This document shows positions 55,730-64,000 of a DNA stretch of 64,000 nucleotides, in pieces. The stretch is from Candidatus Woesearchaeota archaeon (GTDB taxonomy: Archaea > Nanobdellota > Nanobdellia > Woesearchaeales > SM23-78). Made by a program: the position numbers and the translations under genes. The stretch is from positions 19,691 through 83,690 of the forward strand of contig JAFGBP010000042.1 of the NCBI GenBank assembly GCA_016933095.1. Reading direction: 5' to 3'. Under the pieces are notes generated by a model that ran no database searches, was not told the origin of the DNA, and worked only from the letters and a program-made list of their open reading frames with translations. Every line of letters begins with the position of its first letter. Position 1 is the stretch's first letter.

Positions 55730-57157
55730 TCACCTCCTCAGATCAATGATCTTTTTGAGTTTTGTTTTTGATTCATTGAATAGCCTGCCAGGTTCCACCA
55801 GCTCTATCTGCGCCGGAGGGCAAAATTCTATGATATTGACAATTTGAGAGTACTCAAGCGAAGAGTTAGACAGAGCCTCATTGAATTTTCTGGAAAATGC
55901 GGATTCCATCTCGCGTTTTTCCCGTTCATTGGCAACTTCTTTCTCCACGTAGATGACCATGGCGTCCGAGAAGACGCCATCATTCTCATCTGACTTCCGA
56001 GTGAGCGTCAACTGGTATTTGTCCTCAAATCCTGCTAACTCGGCGGCGCTGTGGATCTGATCAGGATATATGTTGGCTCCTCCATACTGGAAAGTATCAT
56101 CGTACCTTCCCTTGATACGACTGATCAAAGGCAGGTTGAGCCCGCAGCCGCAAGATCCGTTCGGTTCCCCTTTTGAGATCAGATCTCCCATCCGATACCT
56201 GACAATGGGAATCGCCCTTTTTAAAAGGTTCGTTACCACCATGATACCTTCCTTCTGAGGCTCGTCTATAGGTTCTAACGTTTCCTTATCAAGGACTTCC
56301 ATGATCAGGTTCGGAGAATACCAATGCATCCATCCGGATTCCCTCAGGTGATCACATTCGGAAGCAGCGCCATATATCTCGGCACAGCCATAGAGATCAG
56401 AGACAGAAGTCTTGAACAGACGCTCATACCGTTTCCTGTCCGTCTCGGAAAAAGGCTCTCCCGCAAGGACTATCCTCTCAAGACCTAAAGAAGAGATATC
56501 CATTTTAGGCGACATCTTCTTCCAGAAAAACGACAGAAAAGAAGGATAGGTAATCAGATATTTCGGCTTCATGGTAAGCAGCTCTTCAACATGCCAATCG
56601 AACGGGAGATGAATCCCGGCAGTGACAGTCGGGCCGATCAAAGAACATGCGTTGAGTGAGAAAAACTGACTAGGCCATGGACCGCAAGGAAAGAGAGAAT
56701 ATATCTTTCCTCCGGCATCATCGCCGCCATTTGTCTTATAGTATCCCTTCACTCCGGCCAAGAAATTCATGACTGCCGTCTGGACAAAAATGCCCTCTTT
56801 CTCCTGATTGGTCACAGGTATCCTCTTGCATTTCCCTGTGGAACCTGACGTCTGAAGAAACCTCGCGATCTCGTGTTCAGGCACAGAATGAAACTCGTCA
56901 ATCGGATCATCAGTTATGTCTTTGGAAGTGACAATCGGCAGTCTGGTGATGTCAGAAGAGGATTTGATGTGTTTCGGAGAGACACCATGCAGATCCATCA
57001 TGCGCCTATAACGAGCATTGTTATTGTAATGGAAATCCACCAATCCGACAAAAGTCTGAGATTGGGATTCGGCGATGGTCTTTGAGTCTGTGTTTTTCAG
57101 CCGGTCCAACTCGTCTAAGAGCAACTTATCCATAATACACCTCTTATTCTCTTGCAA
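55730..57157 (-). CDS. phenylacetate-CoA ligase-like / coenzyme F390 synthetase-like adenylate-forming enzyme
   Basis: TSGSTGKCK AMP-binding P-loop; PaaK-like length. Confidence 0.65.
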   Translation of the reverse strand: MQENKRCIMDKLLLDELDRLKNTDSKTIAESQSQTFVGLVDFHYNNNARYRRMMDLHGVSPKHIKSSSDITRLPIVTSKDITDDPIDEFHSVPEHEIARFLQTSGSTGKCKRIPVTNQEKEGIFVQTAVMNFLAGVKGYYKTNGGDDAGGKIYSLFPCGPWPSQFFSLNACSLIGPTVTAGIHLPFDWHVEELLTMKPKYLITYPSFLSFFWKKMSPKMDISSLGLERIVLAGEPFSETDRKRYERLFKTSVSDLYGCAEIYGAASECDHLRESGWMHWYSPNLIMEVLDKETLEPIDEPQKEGIMVVTNLLKRAIPIVRYRMGDLISKGEPNGSCGCGLNLPLISRIKGRYDDTFQYGGANIYPDQIHSAAELAGFEDKYQLTLTRKSDENDGVFSDAMVIYVEKEVANEREKREMESAFSRKFNEALSNSSLEYSQIVNIIEFCPPAQIELVEPGRLFNESKTKLKKIIDLRR

Positions 57158-57184
57158 CTCTGCATTTAATTCAGTCGTCTAATA

Positions 57185-57964
57185 TCATTTAGAGGTCTCA
57201 TCAAAATCGTGCACAACCAATCCCTTGGATCCAATCTCCACAGGATGTATGTCCTCATCATTCTGCACATGCCTCATCTTCCTAACGAGCAGGCTTCTCG
57301 AGTACCGTCCACCCATAGACTCAAAACTCATATGGATTATTCCATCACATAAGAACTCTGATACCGAGTCTCTCGAGTATGCTTCTGATCCTTGCTCGAT
57401 CTCGGAGATTAGCATCGTCGTTATCTCGAGGTCTTGCAATTCACCTATTAGCATGTAGATGAATCTTTTGAGCAGGAAGTCTCCGCTGAGGGTCGGCGCG
57501 TATATGTTGTCTGGCATTATAAGGTCTCTGAGGAACAGGTCGTTTATCGCAGCGTATATGGGGGCGTTTATCGAGAGCGTGGAGAGCGAGTCTATGACTA
57601 GCCTTTTTATCTTGAAGTCTTTCACGTAGGATAGTATCTGGTCGAATGTGAGGTGGTCTATCTTCTTGACGGGTATGCATACGATGTGGAGCAGACCAGT
57701 AGCTTCCAGGGCCTTCAAGTCCCATCCGAACTGTGATGCTTGCCGGATTATGGAGTCCTTGTTCTGCTCAAAGCTCACGTACATGCTTGGTTCTTTGAAC
57801 TTTGAAGCGCCGTTTATTATGTACTGCAAGGAGAAGATGGTCTTTGCGGATCCTGGAGTTCCGCAGAGCAGTATGTTAGATCCGGCAGGGAATCCGCCTT
57901 GCACGAGCTTGTCGAATCCTGGGATTCCTGTCTTGCTCCTCTTAATCATGGTTGCTCTTTTCAT
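57185..57964 (-). CDS. KaiC-like (RecA-superfamily) single-domain ATPase
   Basis: GIPGFDKLVQGGFPAGSNILLCGTPGSAKT; start set to Met whose ATG overlaps the upstream stop (ATGA). Confidence 0.75.
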   Translation of the reverse strand: MKRATMIKRSKTGIPGFDKLVQGGFPAGSNILLCGTPGSAKTIFSLQYIINGASKFKEPSMYVSFEQNKDSIIRQASQFGWDLKALEATGLLHIVCIPVKKIDHLTFDQILSYVKDFKIKRLVIDSLSTLSINAPIYAAINDLFLRDLIMPDNIYAPTLSGDFLLKRFIYMLIGELQDLEITTMLISEIEQGSEAYSRDSVSEFLCDGIIHMSFESMGGRYSRSLLVRKMRHVQNDEDIHPVEIGSKGLVVHDFDETSK

Positions 57965-58683
57965 GGTCCCACCTGTATTCCTTCGTCTGTTATCTTGAAC
58001 CCGTGGATTCCTCCTTTGATGGAGGATCGCCTCATCTTCTGGACTTCCAGCGTCCTGAGGAAGGACTTTCCTATGGATCGTATGTCTAGTTTCACAACTC
58101 CGTCGCAAAGGTATTCTGATATTCCATCGCTCGTGACGGTGGGCTCGTCTCCAAGCCCTGAGACGTATATTGTGGTCGTGGGTATATCTTTTAGTATCGT
58201 GACGAGGTTGTAGACGAGCTGCTTTGGGGTGTTTGACACGCGGATCTTATCTTGGTAAAGGATGCTGAATTTCTTGTCTCCAGCCAGGAAGAATGGGCTC
58301 ATGGCCAGCAAGGTCAGGTTGTCAAGGGCCATCCTCTCTGCCTTGACCTTTCCTGCCTCCTCAAACACCTTGATGACGAAGTCTCTGTCAACGTCCTCTA
58401 TCTTCAGGGCGTATATCTTCATCAAGCCTTTTCTCATGTATTTCTTGACATCCCATCCTAGCTTTATGCATTGCTCTATGAGTTGCTCTTCTGTCTGGTC
58501 AAAACTGACAAAGAGCCCTGCCTCTCCCATCACGGCGCCTTTATAGATGTATTCCAGGGACATGATGGTCTTTCCGGACCCTGCTTTGCCGAAAATCATC
58601 ACGTTTGATCCTTTTATGAATCCTCCTCCTGTCAGTTCATCCAAACCCTCGATTCCTGAACTAATTCGTTTCATTAGCATCAC
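57961..58683 (-). CDS. KaiC-like single-domain ATPase
   Basis: GIEGLDELTGGGFIKGSNVMIFGKAGSGKT. Confidence 0.8.
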   Translation of the reverse strand: MMLMKRISSGIEGLDELTGGGFIKGSNVMIFGKAGSGKTIMSLEYIYKGAVMGEAGLFVSFDQTEEQLIEQCIKLGWDVKKYMRKGLMKIYALKIEDVDRDFVIKVFEEAGKVKAERMALDNLTLLAMSPFFLAGDKKFSILYQDKIRVSNTPKQLVYNLVTILKDIPTTTIYVSGLGDEPTVTSDGISEYLCDGVVKLDIRSIGKSFLRTLEVQKMRRSSIKGGIHGFKITDEGIQVGP

Positions 58684-59134
58684 CAGCCACTATGAGCTCC
58701 TGCCTTAGCAGGTTTTCCTGTTGCTTTTCAAGAGTCCCTTTTGAGACTTGTACTATAAACACGCAGCCGTACTCGGCGGCGAAGTCATGAATCGTCTGTA
58801 TGAGGTGAAGCACGTCTTGGAAGGAGTTGAAGCTTATCAAGTATTCTACGCATAGCAGGAGGACTGCGCCTCCGAAGTTGTCCTTCATGAAATGCTCTAG
58901 GTCATATGAGAGCTGCTCGATGTCTTGCGGCGCCAGGTGGGCTTCTGAAGTGTTTATGTTAGTGATCCACTTGGTCCGGATATCCTTTCCTTTGATATAA
59001 GCATCTTCTTTCTGGGGGTGCACGCGCCATACCACTAGGCCTTTTGTCTTAGGGTTGAGAAGTTCTGAGAATTGGGCAAACACCCTGTCAAAGTTATTCT
59101 CGAATATAAGGTATGACTCCCCGTGCTTAAACAT
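58661..59134 (-). CDS. DUF835-like protein (KaiC-associated)
   Basis: GESYLIF...LLLCVEYLISFNSFQDVLHLIQTIHD fits DUF835 pattern from memory. Confidence 0.5.
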   Translation of the reverse strand: MFKHGESYLIFENNFDRVFAQFSELLNPKTKGLVVWRVHPQKEDAYIKGKDIRTKWITNINTSEAHLAPQDIEQLSYDLEHFMKDNFGGAVLLLCVEYLISFNSFQDVLHLIQTIHDFAAEYGCVFIVQVSKGTLEKQQENLLRQELIVAGDANETN

Positions 59135-59351
59135 CTCTTAACCTCTTTTTCACTTTGCGGTCTCTTATGATCTTTTTTTGCCTCTTTTGATGCTGAAGAA
59201 AAAAATAAAAACAAAAAACTTCAACTCGCCCTGCATGCCGTGCCTGTACGCAAAATTTGCGTGTGCAGTTATCTCTGCGCTTCAAATCCCTGTGCGCGTC
59301 GAATCCGTATGTCGGTACAGACGCTGGTCCTAGAGATTCTTGCACGTGTAG

Positions 59352-60065
59352 CTAATGATCCATTAGTTTCAACAGCTTTATGCCTGATTCTGAGATGTCG
59401 AGGAGGAATTGCTCTTCGCTGTGCTTGCATCCTCTCATCTTTACGACCTGCAGAGTTTTTCTCAGCCTGTAGTTCTTCTCTATGTGATCCAGGTATATGA
59501 TGCCGTCGCATATGAACTCCTCCACTCCAAAGTTCGAGTAGCGCCTTGCGCCGGGCTCTACTTCTGAGACGAGGATCGCAGAGCACCCTTTGAAGAGGAG
59601 CAGGTTGCCAAGGTCAAAGAGGAACTTCCTCACGTGGTCAGGGTCGTCGAAGCGCTTGCATATGGCGCTTATTGAGTCGATGACCAGCCTCTTGGGCTTG
59701 TACCTGTCGAGCTGCTCGTATATAAAGTTCAGCACGTCTACTGACTTGAATACTGACTTGTCAGGATTGTCCGCCGGGATGGCGGTTCGCACGTCTACGA
59801 GCACTAGCTTGTTCTTGTTGATCCAATCCTCGTTAAAGAAGGAAAAGGACTTGAAGTTCTCAACCAGCTTTAGGTCTTGCTCGTTTAGCGACAGGAAGAG
59901 GGTTTTTTCGTCCATGTTGGAGCATGCGCCGCATAGGAACTGCATTGTGAGGGTGGTCTTTCCCGTCCCTGCGCTTCCTGCTAGGAGTATGATGTTCTTC
60001 TCAGGTATTCCTCCGTCAAGAATCTTGTCCAGATCTTCAATGTATGTCTTAATCTTTTCTACCAT
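59352..60065 (-). CDS. KaiC-like single-domain ATPase
   Basis: IEDLDKILDGGIPEKNIILLAGSAGTGKTT. Confidence 0.8.
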   Translation of the reverse strand: MVEKIKTYIEDLDKILDGGIPEKNIILLAGSAGTGKTTLTMQFLCGACSNMDEKTLFLSLNEQDLKLVENFKSFSFFNEDWINKNKLVLVDVRTAIPADNPDKSVFKSVDVLNFIYEQLDRYKPKRLVIDSISAICKRFDDPDHVRKFLFDLGNLLLFKGCSAILVSEVEPGARRYSNFGVEEFICDGIIYLDHIEKNYRLRKTLQVVKMRGCKHSEEQFLLDISESGIKLLKLMDH

Positions 60066-60222
60066 AACTGCACCTCTGTTTAAAGTTGAACAGTACTCTT
60101 ATGAATTACTCTAATCTTATGAATACATCGAATGCTCCAAATGCTTCGAACGAATATTCAAAACGCTAATATGAGCATCTTTGGAGGGAATCATTTAATA
60201 ATTTTACGTATTTTTCCGGAAT

Positions 60223-60336
60223 CTGTTCAAAATATCCCCTAGCCCGCTGCGACCGCCCAGCCATCACATCCTTTAATCGAGTCTATCTTAACCGCGCATG
60301 AGTCATGATGCACAGCCAGGGGCTGCTTTTTGAACA
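60223..60336. mobile_element. MITE-like element copy 3
   Basis: CTGTTCAAAA...TTTTTGAACAG TIRs; interior related to copies 1 and 2 (tagcccgctgcgaccgc...cgagtcta...cagccaggggct). Confidence 0.6.
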
Positions 60337-60430
60337 GAATTGTATTTTCCCGAAATATTTTAGACAAAGGGGTATTATTCAAAAATCATGCAAAACAATA
60401 CCATCCAAACCCACGCAAGCTTTATCACAC

Positions 60431-61222
60431 TCATTTCTTCTGGCGAGTAGAAAAGAAGTACCAGACCGCAAGCACGAACAAGACAAAAAGCGATCCTGCA
60501 AGGAACCAGAAAGCCATTGAGAAAGGCTCAGAATGGGGAATCGAAGAAGCCAAAGGAGCAACGTGAGGCATGACAGCATCTGCAACAGGCCTCGCAGCCT
60601 CATTGCCGCCAGACTTTACAACTTCCTGGACAGCACCGTCAACCATTGCTTGGGCTGCCCCTCCACCAGTGGCGCTCGCAGACTCAACCGCCAAATCTGC
60701 GGCCTCATCAGCAACAGAGCGGACCAATAAGGGAGCTGCTTCAGGAGCCAATTTCCCAGCTGCAGAGTCGGCATAGCCAAATGAAGCAAGCTTGGAAGAA
60801 ACCCTGAAAAATCCAAGATTGAACTTCTCAACGATATGGATTATCCCAGCAACACCGAGAGAGACCAAGGCAATCGGAAGCAAGCCTTTAAGCTTATCCT
60901 TGAAGGACTCGACATTCGCCTTCTTAGGAGCTATAATTATCAGCTTGTTGGCAAGGGAATAATGCAGTACTTCTTTGCCCTTTTCTGAATAATGAAACTC
61001 TTCAGTCTGGACAAGATTTGCCTTGAGAAGCGCCTGAAGATTGTAATGCACAGTGGAAAGCGGGACCTTTAGCCTCTTTGAAAGCTCAGTCTCAGTCGCA
61101 GAATCCTCCTCCTTGCTCAAGAAGTCCAGAATCTTCCTCGCAGTGTCATTACTCATCACCTGGGCGAGCGCCTTTGACTCTGACTCCTCCAGGGAAACAA
61201 GCAAAAAAGGGTCTTTCTTCAT
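60431..61222 (-). CDS. ArsR-like winged-helix protein fused to C-terminal membrane segments
   Basis: N-term HTH (ETELSKRLKVPLSTVHYNLQALLKANLV), Ala-rich linker, terminal TM helices. Confidence 0.55.
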   Translation of the reverse strand: MKKDPFLLVSLEESESKALAQVMSNDTARKILDFLSKEEDSATETELSKRLKVPLSTVHYNLQALLKANLVQTEEFHYSEKGKEVLHYSLANKLIIIAPKKANVESFKDKLKGLLPIALVSLGVAGIIHIVEKFNLGFFRVSSKLASFGYADSAAGKLAPEAAPLLVRSVADEAADLAVESASATGGGAAQAMVDGAVQEVVKSGGNEAARPVADAVMPHVAPLASSIPHSEPFSMAFWFLAGSLFVLFVLAVWYFFSTRQKK

Positions 61223-61342
61223 CCTGAGTCTCAGAGAGTGTCTTGTATATAAATAATTTTATATGGCTTCAATCCTGGTCGAAGCAATAACATCAAAAGG
61301 ACCCAAAGCACAAACCTGCTTTTTACGCTATTACGAGAAGAC

Positions 61343-63250
61343 TTACAGTTTCTTGCCTGAGAAATCCCTCTTCATCACAAAAGTCTTCTTCTCCTGGCGA
61401 GAATTCCTAAACTTCCGGGCATAAATCTCCTCTGGAGCAGGCTTCTTCACAGGGAGAGTGATGAAGAAAGTCGTACCTACGTCAAGGGCGCTCTCAAGCC
61501 TGACAGTGCCTCCATGAGCCTCGACAATGTGCTTTAGGATAGAGAGGCCGAGGCCCGTGCTCTCAAACTCACCAGTCCTTACGTTCTTGTCGATCTGATA
61601 GAAGCGGTCAAACATGTGCTCCAAGTCATCCTCAGATATTCCCCGCGCATTATCCTCGACAGATATTAGTATATCACCTTCCTTCTTCAGGACGCAATTG
61701 ATGCGAATAACAAGTCTCCTTGTACTCTTGTATTTTATCGAGTTGCTAATAAGATTCTGGAAGATCTCCTTCAGGCGCATGCTATCGGCGTCGATGACAA
61801 GCTTCTTCGGACAGGTAACCTTCACCTTGCCCTTAACCTCGCGAAGCTTGGGAGAAAACTCCTTCACAGTTTCTCTGATGAGCTTCCCAATGTCGACTGG
61901 CTCCCAGAAAAGCTTGGCCTTGCCGGCCTCAAATCTTGAGAGCTCCAGAAGCTCGCATATTATGGAATTCAAGTAGTCTGTGCTTCGAAGGACGATCTCT
62001 AAAGTCTCCTTCTGCTTGGCGTTGAGCTTCCCGAACGACTCATCATAGAGAAGCTGGTTGTAAGCACGCACCGCCGTAAGCGGGGTCTTCAGCTCGTGAG
62101 AGATGTTTGAGAAAAGCACCTCTTTCAATACATCCGTCTCCAGAAGCTTGTTGTTTATCTCAAGCACCTCATTAGCCTGTTCAGCAATCGACTTTTGGGA
62201 CTCCTCAAGCATTGCGAGGAGTATGTTAATGTTATTGCACAGGCCGCAAATCTCATCTCGACCGCGCATCTTCAGCATCCCCTCATCGCACTCAGCGCGC
62301 TTTGACAAGTCCTGAGTCTGTATGACCTTGGAGAAGAAATCATAAAGACCTTTTAGACGGCGAAGGATCACTATGCGAATGAAAAAGTATATGGCAGTCA
62401 GCAATATCAGCAGTCCTGCAAGCATAAAGGCTGTAAACCATGCGAACATCTGGTTCTCGTGCGCGGTCAAATCCCTTGGACGGGTAATCTTGATTATGGC
62501 TCCAGGCCTGTCATAGAAGTCCTGGACTAGCAAGTAGCCGTAGAAAGATCCTTGATCGGAATAAGTAAAAACCTCATCTCCTATCCTAAGATTCTCCTTT
62601 GCCATCCAGAAGTCCTCTGCCATGGAGGGATCGTTAAAATTCCTGATATCAACGTCCAGAAGGAGCTGCATCTCAAGGTTAGAAATGTAATGGTGCAGGT
62701 ACTTAGCAAACAACAGCACTCCGTTCGCCGGGCCCGAATCATCGGACTTCAGGATGGGCCTGGCCACGAAGAGTATAGAGCTGTTCGCGCAGGTCAGGAG
62801 CCCTGATTGGATTTCTGCCTGGCTCCTGTCAAATCCTAATCGCAAGACCCTTTGGCCTCCAAATTCCTTTGCAAAGAGATTTTCGCAGGAATAGGAATCA
62901 TCAGCATACAGCTCTTGCACAATGTGCCCTGACTTATTGGCCAGGATGAACATGTCAATGTCCAGCAGCGCCAGGGTCTCGTCATTCAGGTTCGAGCTGA
63001 TATAATCCTGATTCTTATCTTCTACAAAATTGTATGAGTCATCCCATTGCGACCAGTCGGCAAGGCGGTAGTCGATGTTCTCGAGCATTATCTTCACCTG
63101 GTTAGAAGTTCGGATAAGGTCTCTGTTAAGGAAATCCTCTTCAAGGTTTGCAAAGGAGGACCTTATGAACAGGAAGTAAGCCAATCCGAGCAGCACGAAG
63201 CCTGTAAGCACTATCGACATGAAAACCAAAGTCTTAAGCCCGAGCTTCAT
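61343..63250 (-). CDS. sensor histidine kinase with two TM helices and extracytoplasmic sensor domain
   Basis: H box HELKTPLTAVRAY, G boxes DNARGISEDDLEHMFDRFYQ and GTGLGLSILKHIVEAHGG. Confidence 0.9.
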   Translation of the reverse strand: MKLGLKTLVFMSIVLTGFVLLGLAYFLFIRSSFANLEEDFLNRDLIRTSNQVKIMLENIDYRLADWSQWDDSYNFVEDKNQDYISSNLNDETLALLDIDMFILANKSGHIVQELYADDSYSCENLFAKEFGGQRVLRLGFDRSQAEIQSGLLTCANSSILFVARPILKSDDSGPANGVLLFAKYLHHYISNLEMQLLLDVDIRNFNDPSMAEDFWMAKENLRIGDEVFTYSDQGSFYGYLLVQDFYDRPGAIIKITRPRDLTAHENQMFAWFTAFMLAGLLILLTAIYFFIRIVILRRLKGLYDFFSKVIQTQDLSKRAECDEGMLKMRGRDEICGLCNNINILLAMLEESQKSIAEQANEVLEINNKLLETDVLKEVLFSNISHELKTPLTAVRAYNQLLYDESFGKLNAKQKETLEIVLRSTDYLNSIICELLELSRFEAGKAKLFWEPVDIGKLIRETVKEFSPKLREVKGKVKVTCPKKLVIDADSMRLKEIFQNLISNSIKYKSTRRLVIRINCVLKKEGDILISVEDNARGISEDDLEHMFDRFYQIDKNVRTGEFESTGLGLSILKHIVEAHGGTVRLESALDVGTTFFITLPVKKPAPEEIYARKFRNSRQEKKTFVMKRDFSGKKL

Positions 63251-63311
63251 ACTGCTTACTTCAACCTCTTTTTTTAAGTCACTGGTAAATGCTGGAGACT
63301 AACACTTGACC

Positions 63312-63689
63312 CTACTTCTTCTTCAGGAGTTTCTTGACGCTTTCGATCAGGTCTTCATTCTTGAAAGGCTTTGCGATGAACTTATCACAAGCCTGAATCT
63401 CAGGGTCCCACCTCGCATGATCTATCCTGGCTGATAATATGATGACTGGAAGGCTCTTTGTCTGCGGATCATTCTTAAGCCTTTCCAACACGTCTCTCCC
63501 GGGAAGCTTTGGCATCATCAAGTCCAGGATGACAAGATCGACTCCTTTGCTCTTAACAAGATCCAATACCTTGTTGCCGTCATCTTCCTGCAGGACGAAT
63601 ATGTCGTGAGGTTCAAGGATGTTCCTGATCGCATCTCCGATAAAAGCAGAGTCCTCTACTACTAAGACAGTCTTAGCCAAAAAATCCAC
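63312..63689 (-). CDS. stand-alone CheY-like response regulator receiver
   Basis: VLVVEDS, VILDLMMP, conserved Asp/Lys positions; 125 aa. Confidence 0.88.
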   Translation of the reverse strand: MDFLAKTVLVVEDSAFIGDAIRNILEPHDIFVLQEDDGNKVLDLVKSKGVDLVILDLMMPKLPGRDVLERLKNDPQTKSLPVIILSARIDHARWDPEIQACDKFIAKPFKNEDLIESVKKLLKKK

Positions 63690-64000
63690 CTCCCTAAGCT
63701 AGGCTATTCCAGCCTGCTAAATAGGCAAAATTCCCTCAATAAGACCCTCCTTGAGAATTCACATTTATTAATGCTTCGGTGAGCCAGCAAACAGTCCATT
63801 CAGCCTCTCCTCCTCAACTTCCAATTATACTTATACTTCCCAATAAAATTCCAAATAAATATCCATAAAGCTTCCACTCAAATTTAAGCTTCCACTCAAA
63901 TGGAAACCTACAAGAGATTTAAATACGAGGTATGCTTAAATGACGACAACAAACCATAGAGCGGCGCATGATCCGAACAAGAACCGAAACAGCGCCGGGC

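Noticed and set aside
63868-63901. Short tandem direct repeat AAGCTTCCACTCAAAT x2 near the window end
   Set aside because: It has only two units in an AT-rich intergenic tail, which is insufficient to call a regulatory or repeat feature.
1-64000. Looked for CRISPR arrays, rRNA genes, integrase or transposase genes
   Set aside because: No regularly spaced direct repeats with unique spacers, no rRNA-like conserved stretches, and no recombinase or transposase ORFs were seen. The only mobile signatures are the non-coding MITE-like copies and the LAGLIDADG gene.

Overview
This 64 kb window looks archaeal: archaeal-type GlyRS, RFC large subunit, FlaI/GspE-like secretion ATPase, TATA boxes about 20-30 nt upstream of several start codons (BRE not checked), and intron-containing tRNAs. 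GC is roughly 50% by eye, with several visibly AT-richer islets. Gene density is high on both strands.

Housekeeping genes:
- AsnRS.
- Bacterial-type AspRS that lacks the GAD insertion domain.
- GlyRS.
- Class II fructose-bisphosphate aldolase.
- RFC large subunit.
- Mre11/SbcD-like nuclease.
- CaCA antiporter.
- PP-loop ATPase.

Accessory content:
1. An orphan cytoplasmic [NiFe]-hydrogenase small/large subunit pair. Both subunits carry Cys->Asp substitutions at canonical metal-ligand positions.
2. A type-IV-filament-like locus: three tandem paralogous membrane proteins, two coiled-coil paralogs, an elongated secretion ATPase and a large polytopic membrane protein.
3. A MoxR / DUF58 / double-vWA (Bat-like) cluster.
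4. Three single-domain KaiC-like ATPases plus a DUF835-like protein, next to an ArsR-like membrane protein, a sensor histidine kinase and a CheY-like receiver.
5. A class II Fic protein.
6. A HEPN/MNT pair.
7. A RelE-like toxin/antitoxin cassette that appears inserted at the 3' end of rfcL.
8. A free-standing LAGLIDADG homing endonuclease overlapping a tRNA-like gene that carries a long insertion.
9. A B12-radical-SAM / V4R / PaaK-like trio.
10. Large N-glycosylation-sequon-rich surface proteins, one with a LamG-like domain.
11. A roughly 120-bp MITE-like element with terminal inverted repeats and target-site duplications, present in at least three copies; one copy carries an internal tandem duplication.

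No rRNA genes or CRISPR arrays were seen. All calls are made by eye from the sequence and the six-frame ORF track.
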